Part shown: positions 37,554 through 48,890 of the stretch, one piece after another | Position numbering within the stretch: the first letter of the stretch is position 1 | Layout: each line of letters starts with the position of its first letter | NCBI GenBank assembly: GCA_965213625.1 | Contig: CBDBZU010000004.1 | Span: 1,536,001-1,600,000, forward strand | Direction: 5' to 3' | Origin: a bacterium | GTDB lineage: Bacteria > UBA8248 | DNA length: 64,000 nucleotides | The notes under the pieces: model-generated | Told to the model about the DNA's origin: nothing | What the model saw: only the letters and a program-made list of their open reading frames with translations | Database searches by the model: none | Position numbers and translations under genes: made by a program

Positions 37554-38290
37554 GGGCTGGTTTGCTTTTGCGTAAGATGAATTTCTCCGCCTTTGGATTT
37601 TCCCGGGTTCCGGTCTTTATAGTAGGAGCACATGCGCCGCATATCACAGTCAGCGCATTTGGGGTTGCGGGCGGTGCAAATGGTTCGGCCAAAGCTCAGC
37701 ATGTTCATGTGTAATTCGTGAGCACGGCCCCTTGGAATGAGTGGCGCAAGGACTGGGTGAGATTTTTCAGGCGTCGTTTTCTCAGGAATGATGCCCAATC
37801 GAATCATAATACGGTGAATGTGAACATCAATGGGGAACAAATCCCGGTTTGAAACCAACATCAAGGCGACATAAGCGGTTTTGACGCCGATACCTTTGTG
37901 CTGGGTGAGATACTGCACGGCGAAATCATCCGGTTCATCATGCAGGAATTCCAGGCAGAGCTGTTCTCTGTCCTTGCGAAGCCACCTCAGAAAATCCCGT
38001 ATCCTCCCGGCCTTTTGATTCCCCAAGCCAGCTGAACGAATTGCCTTGGCAAGATCAGCTTGGGGAGCGTCGGCGATTTCATCCCAACTGGAAAAAGTTT
38101 TTTTCAAGGAGTTAAACGCCATGTCGCGGTTATGATCGGTCGTGCTCTGTGAGAGGAGGGTTTCGACCAGAGAATCCAAAAGGTTACTTCGCTTTGTGCG
38201 TTTTGGCTTCCCGAAGCGGGACAATAGCCTGTCCGTGAGTTTCAGGATTTTTCGTTTTCGGGTGGTTGGAGAGGTAACACTGGTCGGCAT
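37550..38290 (-). CDS. nth: Endonuclease III-family HhH-GPD glycosylase
   Basis: LLSQST, KGIGVKTA, FPIDVH and CTARNPKCADCDMRRMC [4Fe-4S] motif. Confidence 0.85.
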   Translation of the reverse strand: MPTSVTSPTTRKRKILKLTDRLLSRFGKPKRTKRSNLLDSLVETLLSQSTTDHNRDMAFNSLKKTFSSWDEIADAPQADLAKAIRSAGLGNQKAGRIRDFLRWLRKDREQLCLEFLHDEPDDFAVQYLTQHKGIGVKTAYVALMLVSNRDLFPIDVHIHRIMIRLGIIPEKTTPEKSHPVLAPLIPRGRAHELHMNMLSFGRTICTARNPKCADCDMRRMCSYYKDRNPGKSKGGEIHLTQKQTSP

Positions 38291-38476
38291 TCTGTATCCT
38301 GGTGCGATGCGTTAATAATAAATCAGGACCGGATGGTTTCTTTGAATCGTAAAATATAGAACTCGCGTATGGTTTGGCAATTAGATTTCACAATGACGTA
38401 TCATCGCCAAAAAACGGAAAAAACCCTGCACTTTGCTGAATTGAAAATTCCTTTCTGGTTTAAGCTCACTGTGGCG

Positions 38477-39241
38477 TTACTTGCCACTGAATTGCTCTGT
38501 CCGCTTTGCTGCAGTGTTGGGCGACGGACGGAGCAATGCTGAAATTCGGGACGTGTCGTTGAAGACTTCGTTCGTTCGCTTGAGGCGTTCATATACTTTT
38601 GTGACTCTTGAGATATATTGGTGTGTTTCCTGAAATGGAGGGATTCCGTTATAACGCTCGATGTTTGCAGGCCCCGCATTGTATGAGGCCAGCGCCATAT
38701 GCAAATTCCAACCATAGAGCTCAAGTAGATATCGTAGATAACGTACTCCGCCTTCGATGTTTTCACCGATGTCGAGAACGTTGTTAAGGCCTAAATGTTT
38801 GGCAGTGATTGGGTTGATTTGCATCAGTCCTTTGGCGCCATCATTAGAAACGGCCAGTGCATTGAAGTTGCTTTCCACTTCGATTACGGCGCGGACCAAT
38901 AGGGGGTCAATTTCGTAGAGCCTGGAGTAATGATGTATGTACCAAAAAATGCCGGGTTTTTGGGTTGCAAAATTTCCACTTGTCGTCGTCTTCAATTGTT
39001 CATCAAGATGAGTTTTTTGAGCGAGAAACGGGATTTTCTTTATCTGCATCAATCTCGTTATAGATGGAAGAGGCTGCGCATAGAGCATCCATATAGCGAC
39101 AAGAGCAATTCCGGCCAGCGGAATTCTCGAAAACGCCCATATGTATTTATTTCGCCCGATGCGTAAATTCTTTAATTCAAGTATGAGGAAAAAAATATAA
39201 ATTGCGATCAGGGCGCCGATGACGAGGTTCATGAGATTCAT
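38477..39241 (-). CDS. Membrane-anchored lytic transglycosylase (SLT domain)
   Basis: VIEVESNF, GAKGLMQI, ALASYNAG and PPFQET motifs; N-terminal TM helices. Confidence 0.9.
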   Translation of the reverse strand: MNLMNLVIGALIAIYIFFLILELKNLRIGRNKYIWAFSRIPLAGIALVAIWMLYAQPLPSITRLMQIKKIPFLAQKTHLDEQLKTTTSGNFATQKPGIFWYIHHYSRLYEIDPLLVRAVIEVESNFNALAVSNDGAKGLMQINPITAKHLGLNNVLDIGENIEGGVRYLRYLLELYGWNLHMALASYNAGPANIERYNGIPPFQETHQYISRVTKVYERLKRTNEVFNDTSRISALLRPSPNTAAKRTEQFSGK

Positions 39242-39446
39242 TCCGAGTAGAGTATTTGAAATGGTTCGGGCTGAGCGCCTTTCCTTTTAGATTCAAACAA
39301 AGCCACGAGATAAAAGAGCAAGATCAGTTTTTTACGCAAAATAATAGAGATAATTATAGCGAGCTTGGTTTGGTAAAAAAAAAGAACGTCATCATTCCTT
39401 AAACGATAGATAACCATCTTCGAGTGAGCAAGCGGTAGATGATGAA

Positions 39447-40082
39447 TTATATCATGTCCAGGATGTCCTCAAATTTTTCCAAATATTTATCCGGCTTCAA
39501 TTTCATTATCTCATAGTGCTGGGAGTATTTCCCTTTGACGATCCATGCAGGGATAGATGCGTTTCTTGCGGCTTGCAAGTCGGTCGTCGTATCCCCAACC
39601 ATGACGACTTCTTCTGGTTTTACTTCAAGCAATTTGATGGCGGCGAAAAGCATTTCCGGGGCTGGTTTCGGCGCATATCCCTGGCGGTGCCCGAATACCG
39701 CTCGAATGTAGGGCAAGAGCCCGACGTGCTCTAACTGCTCTCTACAGAAGAACCATGCCTTGTTCGAAACGCAAGCCATCTGAATGCCCATGTGTGCGAG
39801 GGTTTCGAGCGTTTTTTTTACCCCCGGGATAATTTGGGTGCCCGCTGCGTTATGAACCTTGTAATGTGCGCGGTATATGCGCACTGCCTCGTTGGCCGTG
39901 TCTTCTCCCCAAAGTTGGGTGAATCTATCCTCGAGCGTAGGGCCTATGGATGCTAGAATTTCCGCATCGCTCATCTCGGTTACGCCCAGGTCGCGGCACA
40001 TGAGGCGCATGCACATTGCAATGCCCTCGTAGCTGTCGACAAGCGTGCCGTCGTGGTCTAAAAGAAGCGCGCGTATGCTCAT
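39447..40082 (-). CDS. HAD-family hydrolase (phosphoglycolate phosphatase-like)
   Basis: DHDGTLVDS, SNK, KPAP and VGDTTTD motifs. Confidence 0.88.
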   Translation of the reverse strand: MSIRALLLDHDGTLVDSYEGIAMCMRLMCRDLGVTEMSDAEILASIGPTLEDRFTQLWGEDTANEAVRIYRAHYKVHNAAGTQIIPGVKKTLETLAHMGIQMACVSNKAWFFCREQLEHVGLLPYIRAVFGHRQGYAPKPAPEMLFAAIKLLEVKPEEVVMVGDTTTDLQAARNASIPAWIVKGKYSQHYEIMKLKPDKYLEKFEDILDMI

Positions 40083-40158
40083 CTAGTTACTTTCCATTCA
40101 ATCATGGACAACCATGATATGATTCCAACCGGAAGCGAAACTGGCAAACCATAACACC

Positions 40159-41313
40159 ATGGGCCTGTCTATGAAAATTGACTCGTCACCAAAATGTGAA
40201 GCAGCTCGACCTGAACGATCGCTGTCCTCTCGCCCTGTCGAGCTTGTCGGCATGGATGAGGAGGAACTCGTTTCACTGTGCGAGGGGATGGGGGAGCCCC
40301 CCTACCGAGGCCGGCAGCTATTTTCCTGGCTCTACGCCCAAGGTGTAATCGAAATCTCCCAAATGACCAACATCCCCAAGGATTTTAGAACAAAACTTGA
40401 GGAAGCGGCTCGCCTTGATATCCCCGAGATCGACGAAGAGAGCAAGAGCGCAGACGGTACGGAAAAATATGTGTGGCGGCTTCGTGACGGCGCACGAGTC
40501 GAGAGCGTCCGGATACCGATGAGGAACGTAAATGGCGTGATGCGGTGGTCTCTTTGCGTCTCCACGCAGGTCGGCTGCGCGATGGGATGCGCATTTTGCT
40601 TGACGGCGAAGATGGGTTTCGTACGGCAGTTGACGGCCGGTGAAATCGTCGGTCAATTCCTTGCCGCAAGAAACCTCCTCTCCCAAGGAGAGCGTTTCCA
40701 TAACATCGTGTTCATGGGAATGGGAGAGCCGCTCGATAATTTCGACGCCACCGTGAAGGCGGTGAGAATTCTCACGCACCCGCAGGCGAACGGCGTTAGT
40801 GCGAGGAGGCTTACCGTATCGACGGTAGGGGTCGTTTCGAGACTAAAACGTTTCGTCTCCGCCGTTCCAGGCGTGGGTCTGGCGGTATCGCTTCATGCTT
40901 CGGATGACGAAACCAGAGGAGAACTCGTGCCGGTGAACCGCAAGTGGAACCTGAAAGCCCTGCTTGATGAATGCCGGGATTTACCGTTCAGCGAGCGGCG
41001 CCGCATCACCTTCGAATACGTCATGCTCCGTGGGGTGAATGACTCGAACGCAGACGCGAAGAAACTCGCGAGGCTCCTGGAGGGGCTCAAGTGCAAGGTG
41101 AATATCATTCCCTGGAATCCGTTTCCGGGGACCCCTTTCGAGCGGCCCGACGATGGTCGGGTAGAGGAATTTCGCCGCATCCTTCAGGCGGCGGGCGTGG
41201 TGGCCACCACGCGCACTGCCAAGGGAGGCGATATCCTGGCGGCGTGCGGGCAGTTGGCCGATGCTCGCCGTCTAGCCGACCGAAGCGCACTGCAGCATAT
41301 TAACACCATATAA
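40159..41313 (+). CDS. rlmN: 23S rRNA/tRNA m2A radical-SAM methyltransferase RlmN
   Basis: CVSTQVGCAMGCAFC, MGMGEP, SLHA and AACGQL motifs. Confidence 0.95.
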   Translation: MGLSMKIDSSPKCEAARPERSLSSRPVELVGMDEEELVSLCEGMGEPPYRGRQLFSWLYAQGVIEISQMTNIPKDFRTKLEEAARLDIPEIDEESKSADGTEKYVWRLRDGARVESVRIPMRNVNGVMRWSLCVSTQVGCAMGCAFCLTAKMGFVRQLTAGEIVGQFLAARNLLSQGERFHNIVFMGMGEPLDNFDATVKAVRILTHPQANGVSARRLTVSTVGVVSRLKRFVSAVPGVGLAVSLHASDDETRGELVPVNRKWNLKALLDECRDLPFSERRRITFEYVMLRGVNDSNADAKKLARLLEGLKCKVNIIPWNPFPGTPFERPDDGRVEEFRRILQAAGVVATTRTAKGGDILAACGQLADARRLADRSALQHINTI

Positions 41314-41328
41314 ATCAATATGTTAACT
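41301..41328. other. Possible dif-like (Xer) site
   Basis: TAACACCATAT-AAATCA-ATATGTTAACT: 11-6-11 layout; right arm close to the XerD arm TTATGTTAAAT. Confidence 0.3.
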
Positions 41329-41491
41329 TTTATATATTTATCGAAAAACCTCGTGAATTTATCGATATTTATTGAATTGTCTTGATTTGTCAGGTTGGAA
41401 AACGAGGTACTCGAAACGCTCCTTGCCCATGCGCACGGTATGTTGGTATACCTCTTGCCTAGGGAGACGCGGCCCCGGCGTATGCGGATAA

Positions 41492-42292
41492 ATGCGCGAC
41501 ACGACCCACCACGATGGATACACCGAAATGGCGGATGAAAGTCCGGAAACGGCAAGCCTCATTAGAGAGCTCACGAGCGGCATTTCTTCGATTCGAAAGA
41601 GCCAGGAAGAACTCGCCGGGAAACTCGATGCGCTCGAAGCCCGGGTCCGCAGCATCGAGGACGCCCTGGTCGCCGGCGCCCCCCAGCGGGAGACTGATGA
41701 AGTTGAGGAGTACGACTATCGTGTGCTGCTCCACTCCCGCACCTATGAGATAGAAGACGCCGAGGGTCGCACCGCGCGCATGGAGGGCGTGCGCCGTTGC
41801 CGGGCCCGGCGGGAGTTGTCCAGTGTGAATACGCGTTATCACACGGGCAGCGGCGACAGGGAGGTGGCCTATTCCTATCGTCTTCTGGAAAATGAGGAAG
41901 CAGACCCCATCTGGACGCCCATGGAATACCGTATCGAAAAGGGTGCGGGGTCGGATTATTCTGCGCATCTGCCCCTGACCGAGCCGATTCGCGCAGGTGC
42001 GCTATTCGATCTTCGCCACGAACTCGTCTTGCGCGATTCGTTCACGACCAGAAACGAATGGGTCACCCTCGTTGTCGAATATCCCACCGACGAGTTTCAC
42101 CTCGAAGTGCTCATCCCCCCCGGCCGCCAACTGGTGGGCGCGCGGCGCGAGGAATCCCAGGGAGCGTCGAACAGCTTCAACAAGCGCCGCGTCTATCCCC
42201 GGGTGCTGAACGAAACCGGCCAGACCCGCCTGGAATGGCGCGAAACCCAGCCCGTCACCGGAAGAGCCTATACGCTGTTCTGGGACTGGTAG
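41492..42292 (+). CDS. Hypothetical protein (N-terminal coiled coil + beta-rich C-terminal domain)
   Basis: Long ORF with host-like codon use; ends PVTGRAYTLFWDW. Confidence 0.7.
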   Translation: MRDTTHHDGYTEMADESPETASLIRELTSGISSIRKSQEELAGKLDALEARVRSIEDALVAGAPQRETDEVEEYDYRVLLHSRTYEIEDAEGRTARMEGVRRCRARRELSSVNTRYHTGSGDREVAYSYRLLENEEADPIWTPMEYRIEKGAGSDYSAHLPLTEPIRAGALFDLRHELVLRDSFTTRNEWVTLVVEYPTDEFHLEVLIPPGRQLVGARREESQGASNSFNKRRVYPRVLNETGQTRLEWRETQPVTGRAYTLFWDW

Positions 42293-42459
42293 GGGGTTGG
42301 GGACGATTTTTCGGTGGGATACATTTCATCTGAGATTTAGCCGGTTGCAAGAATTCAGATATTACGTGCAATCTCATATATGATGTTTTACTTGTCCTCG
42401 GCCCATTGCGGACGGAGTGCGGCCCATCTACGCATGCAAGACGGCAGTTTGAGCTTCTG

Positions 42460-42483
42460 GTAGGGACAGGTCGCGACCTGTCC
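42460..42483. repeat. GTAG-tagged REP-like palindrome
   Basis: GTAGGGACAGGTCGCGACCTGTCC, identical to 47046-47069. Confidence 0.8.
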
Positions 42484-42683
42484 TTGCGGAAACGGAGAAA
42501 CCAGGTGGTTACAAGTGAAACGACCCGGACACCCCATTCCCGGATAGCGATATAACGGGTTTTCCATCGAGCGAACCACTGCTCCCTTTTTCACATCATC
42601 CCCTTTCTGCTAAACTCCGCGCTTTCATTGGCCCCGAACAGGGGGTATTTCGTTCATCACGTTTCAAGGGAGAATGCGCCATC

Positions 42684-42998
42684 ATGCTGGAGCCTGAAAT
42701 TTTTGTGGTCGACCTCACGGAGAACTTCGGCGGGGAAATCACCGCGGACGGCCGGGTGAAGACGACGAGGGAACAACTCGAGAGCTGCGCCGCCAAGTTC
42801 GGGGCGAGCGTTTCGGTGAGCCACGCCAAAAACTTCGAACTCGGCACCCACGTGCCGACCATCACCGTGCGGCGTCTCGAGAAAAAGGGCAGGAAGACCG
42901 AGACCGAACTCCTGTTCTTCTCCTACGAGGGTGAGGGTGGCGACATCGTCACCGACCCCGCCGAATGGGGGCGCGTGCCGACGCAGATATTCGGCTGA
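42684..42998 (+). CDS. Hypothetical protein
   Basis: 104-aa ORF with GC3-rich codon bias; GGAG upstream. Confidence 0.65.
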   Translation: MLEPEIFVVDLTENFGGEITADGRVKTTREQLESCAAKFGASVSVSHAKNFELGTHVPTITVRRLEKKGRKTETELLFFSYEGEGGDIVTDPAEWGRVPTQIFG

Positions 42999-43224
42999 TC
43001 TGTATTTCGAGGACATCGTTCCCGCCTGTATCGTGGAGATAGCCGCCGGGCATACGATGGCGGGGACAGGGCCGTAACCCTGTTTGAGTGTTCATCTGTT
43101 TGTATGGTTTCATTATAAGGGAGCCGGGCAATTGCGCTCATCCCGCGTTCTGGTTCTATATTGTTCACGAGATAACCTTGAGATAACCTGACTGAGGACC
43201 CGGAAAGAGAAAGGGTGTGGGAAG

Positions 43225-43458
43225 GTGATCGATTTACAGCCGATCACTACGGGAGACCTCATAGCCATTGCGAATTGCGCCGTGGGTTTCGCTCAATGTA
43301 CTGTAATCTGGCATGGTCTCTACACCATGCGCGCCGATATCAGGAAAAGGGACAAAGCGCTTGATGCAATCATCGCCCAGGGCAAAGAGGGCAGGGAAGC
43401 GTTGCGGAAAACCATGCAGAATTTAGATATAACAATGGCGAGATTGGATAAACGCTAA
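43225..43458 (+). CDS. Small single-TM + coiled-coil hypothetical protein
   Basis: Hydrophobic N-terminal helix followed by a charged amphipathic helix. Confidence 0.5.
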   Translation: MIDLQPITTGDLIAIANCAVGFAQCTVIWHGLYTMRADIRKRDKALDAIIAQGKEGREALRKTMQNLDITMARLDKR

Positions 43459-43640
43459 ATACCTCGGGAGATCAACCGAAGCCCTGGCTGTCCTGCTAAA
43501 AAGATTAGCGTAAGTTGCGGCGTTTCGTGAAGGCTTTACAACCTTTCTGAAATGGTTCCGTTTCCTCGTCGGTTTTCCGGTGAATACTCAGGCGTATTTC
43601 ACGCGCATCCCCCACGCGGGGCGGCACGCTGATTGAAAGG

Positions 43641-44072
43641 GTGAAGATGGCGCGTTCATGGACGAGGGAGGAAGTCGAGCGGGTGTTCCAAGCCCGCTGG
43701 CAGGGGAATTTCAACGACCTCCTGGGTTTTGAGGTACTGGAAGCGGAAGAGGGTTTCGCCCGCGTCGCGATGCCCGTAGAGCCGAAGCTCCACCAACCTT
43801 TCGGGATCATCCACGGCGGCGCGCTGGCGTCGCTGGCCGACACCGTGGGCGGCGTGGGCAGCTATGTGAGCTATCCGGTCGGAACGGAAGTGGTGACGGT
43901 GGAGATGAAGATCAACTTCGTGCGCCCGGTGAAGGAGGGAACTCTCATCGGTGAGGCGAAGGCCCTCCATCTGGGGCGAAAAACCTCGGTGTGGGAGATG
44001 CGCATCGTGGATGATGCGGAAAAACTCGTCTGCTTCGCCTCGGCCACCTATATGGTCGTGAAAGAGGCGTAG
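43641..44072 (+). CDS. PaaI-family thioesterase
   Basis: QPFGIIHGGALASLAD and EMKINFVRP motifs. Confidence 0.9.
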   Translation: MKMARSWTREEVERVFQARWQGNFNDLLGFEVLEAEEGFARVAMPVEPKLHQPFGIIHGGALASLADTVGGVGSYVSYPVGTEVVTVEMKINFVRPVKEGTLIGEAKALHLGRKTSVWEMRIVDDAEKLVCFASATYMVVKEA

Positions 44073-44312
44073 TAAGAGCATTCAGGGCGCGGACTCTGAA
44101 TCCCTCTCGTCCTTTTAGTTCGTCTGTGGTATCATCTCCACAAGTTGGAAGTCGATAATTCCGTAACCCAATATGATTCAACTGTTTATAGCTTTTGCGC
44201 TAAGTCGGCCGCAACGCGCCGGTTTCGGGCGCAGCGAGCGCTTGACGGGGTGGGGGACGTTTTCCCGATGGTTTCTTGGGGAGGCGGAAACCCCGTCCGA
44301 GAGAGGTGAAAG

Positions 44313-47021
<2,709 letters not shown>

Positions 47022-47045
47022 GGTCGTGCGCCTATCAGTGGTTTC

Positions 47046-47117
47046 GTAGGGACAGGTCGCGACCTGTCCCTCGTCAGGATGGACGTAACGGGGACAACCA
47101 CATGGGGTTGTACCTGC
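47046..47117. repeat. GTAG-tagged REP-like doublet
   Basis: GTAGGGACAGGTCGCGACCTGTCCC followed by degenerate GGGACAACCACATGGGGTTGTACC. Confidence 0.75.
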
Positions 47118-47172
47118 AACCGTAAATACCTGACATTCGAGATGTCCAAAATCGGAGAATAATTGCTCTGTC

Positions 47173-47200
47173 CTGGATTCCGGCATTCGCCGGAATGACG
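47173..47200. repeat. CGTC-tagged 28-bp palindromic repeat (copy 1)
   Basis: CTGGATTCCGGCATTCGCCGGAATGACG; exact reverse complement of 47286-47313. Confidence 0.88.
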
Positions 47201-47285
47201 TTGGGTTTGCTTATCGAAAGCGAGAAGGATGCGGCGTGTGGCCGGATGGAAAGGCCTTGAACCTGACGAAGCGTTGCGAAGTTGC

Positions 47286-47313
47286 CGTCATTCCGGCGAA
47301 TGCCGGAATCCAG
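47286..47313. repeat. CGTC-tagged 28-bp palindromic repeat (copy 2, overlaps the nuclease stop)
   Basis: CGTCATTCCGGCGAATGCCGGAATCCAG. Confidence 0.88.
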
Positions 47314-47602
47314 AGCCGATAAGGTCTCCAAACAAGTCATTCCATTCGGGATTCTTCTCTTCGATTACCCCGATTTTCCAAGACCTCGGCCAATTTTTGA
47401 GCCTCTTCTCATATAAAATCGCGCTTTCCATGCTTTCATGGCTCTCGTACCAGACCAGCATGTGGACACCGTAACGTTTTGTGAACCCATCCTCCGAATT
47501 GTTCTTGTGTTGCCAGACTCGCCGGATGAGGTCTGATGTAACACCGATATACAGCGTTCCGTTACGTTTGCTTGCGAGAATGTAGACGCAGGGTTGTTTC
47601 AT
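47288..47602 (-). CDS. Small stand-alone GIY-YIG nuclease
   Basis: CVYILAS...TLYIGVTSDLIRRVWQHK and EKRLKNW...NPEW motifs. Confidence 0.92.
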   Translation of the reverse strand: MKQPCVYILASKRNGTLYIGVTSDLIRRVWQHKNNSEDGFTKRYGVHMLVWYESHESMESAILYEKRLKNWPRSWKIGVIEEKNPEWNDLFGDLIGSGFRHSPE

Positions 47603-47618
47603 TGCTCAAAAAATCTTT

Positions 47619-47646
47619 CTGGATTCCGGCATACGCCGGAATGACG
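47619..47646. repeat. CGTC-tagged 28-bp palindromic repeat (copy 3)
   Basis: CTGGATTCCGGCATACGCCGGAATGACG; one mismatch to copy 1. Confidence 0.88.
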
Positions 47647-47745
47647 GCGGTGGTCAATTCCGAGCAATGAGCGAGGAATTGCGTACAGATGCGTTTCTCG
47701 CCATTGGCTTATGCAAACGCTCGTTCCTCACTCGCGTTTGACCCA

Positions 47746-48879
47746 TCACGAAACAACCTCCTGGAGCCTCCCCCAGATGTATTCCGCGTCTTCATCCGTG
47801 AGCGGGTCGGGCGAGATGAAGATACCCGAATCGCCGGATATCCCGACCTGCACACGCACCTCGCTATCCCACAGCGCATCGGCAACCTGATCGCGCGATT
47901 TCCCAAGCGATTCTGGGTCAATTTCGATCACGACTTCCGGCAAATCCTGCCCCAGCGAGTTGGGACGCCTGATGCGCGGCGAGAGTCCCCTCATCCCGGC
48001 TGTGCGCTCCATAAAGAACTCGCACCATTTCTCGTTGTGGGCGTATTGCTCCGCCTCGCCGCCGTCCAGGTAATGCTCAAACGCCGCGAGCAGGCCCACG
48101 ATGTCGTCGCGCCCCGCCTTCATGGGCCGGCCGATCGAATATTTGGGGCTTCCCATCATGGCGCAGGCTTTGATGATTTCTTCTTTGCCCAGGATGAGGC
48201 CCGTATTCTGTGGTCCGCCGATGCTCTTCCCCCCGCTGAAGATGGCGGCGTCGGCCCCCATCTCCTTTGTGTAGCGCCAAAGGTTGGAGGAGGGGGGCAG
48301 CTGCGCAGCGGCGTCCACGATTACGGGCACGTTCCTTTCGTGCGCGATCTCGATGATGGTTTCGAGCTTCAGAATGTTTTTACCCGCATAACGGCCCGGG
48401 AAATAGAAGACGCCCGCCGTTTTCTCCCCGATGGCCTCTTCGAGTTCCCAGGGATGGGTCTGCCGGTGCGAGCCGATCTCTACGAGCCTCGCTCCCGCCT
48501 GGCGGATATTGATGTCGTAGTGGTTTCTCTGGAAGCGGTGGATCACGATTTCGTTCTTTAAGCCGTCGGTGAAGGGGAGCTTGTCCATCAAGGCCGGGCT
48601 TCCGCCCGTGATGCAGGCGGCCGCGCACAGCACGAGGCCTGCGGCGGAACCGCTCGTGACGTAGGCAGCTTCGTTTTGCGTCATCCCGGCGATGCGCGCG
48701 CCCGCTTTCGCGTGGAGTTCGTTCATGTCCACCTGGGCGGCGTTCGCCTCCTGCATGGCGGCCCATACCTCGGGCCTCAGTCCCGAGCCGCCGAAGACGG
48801 TCTGGCGGGTGCGCGCGCTGATGACGCGGCGGATTCCGAGGTTACTCAGGAATTTTGGGTTTTGCGCGGATTCGTTAAT
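47746..48879 (-). CDS. SelA-like/DgaE-family PLP-dependent enzyme (probable ATT start)
   Basis: VTSGSAAG, VDAAA and FSGGKSIGGPQ motifs; family-like N-terminus LGIRRVISA..TVFGGS..EV.AAM lies upstream of the first ATG (48756). Confidence 0.82.
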   Translation of the reverse strand: MNESAQNPKFLSNLGIRRVISARTRQTVFGGSGLRPEVWAAMQEANAAQVDMNELHAKAGARIAGMTQNEAAYVTSGSAAGLVLCAAACITGGSPALMDKLPFTDGLKNEIVIHRFQRNHYDINIRQAGARLVEIGSHRQTHPWELEEAIGEKTAGVFYFPGRYAGKNILKLETIIEIAHERNVPVIVDAAAQLPPSSNLWRYTKEMGADAAIFSGGKSIGGPQNTGLILGKEEIIKACAMMGSPKYSIGRPMKAGRDDIVGLLAAFEHYLDGGEAEQYAHNEKWCEFFMERTAGMRGLSPRIRRPNSLGQDLPEVVIEIDPESLGKSRDQVADALWDSEVRVQVGISGDSGIFISPDPLTDEDAEYIWGRLQEVVS

Positions 48880-48890
48880 CGTCTTGCTCC

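Noticed and set aside
44143-44183. Second dif-like half site (AATATGATTCAACT) that would bound a Xer-integrated islet from 41.3 to 44.2 kb
   Set aside because: It needs gaps to align, has no left arm, and TATGAT is more simply a -10 element upstream of acnA
47046-47646. Possible CRISPR array from the repeated 28-bp palindromes
   Set aside because: Only three copies, in mixed orientation with irregular spacing, and no cas genes
47746-48879. Calling the SelA-like gene the true selenocysteine synthase, given the selenoprotein 10 kb away
   Set aside because: It is only ~377 aa, lacks the N-terminal tRNA-binding domain, has FSGGK rather than SelA FSGDKLLGGPQ, and has no selB beside it; a DgaE-like paralogue fits better
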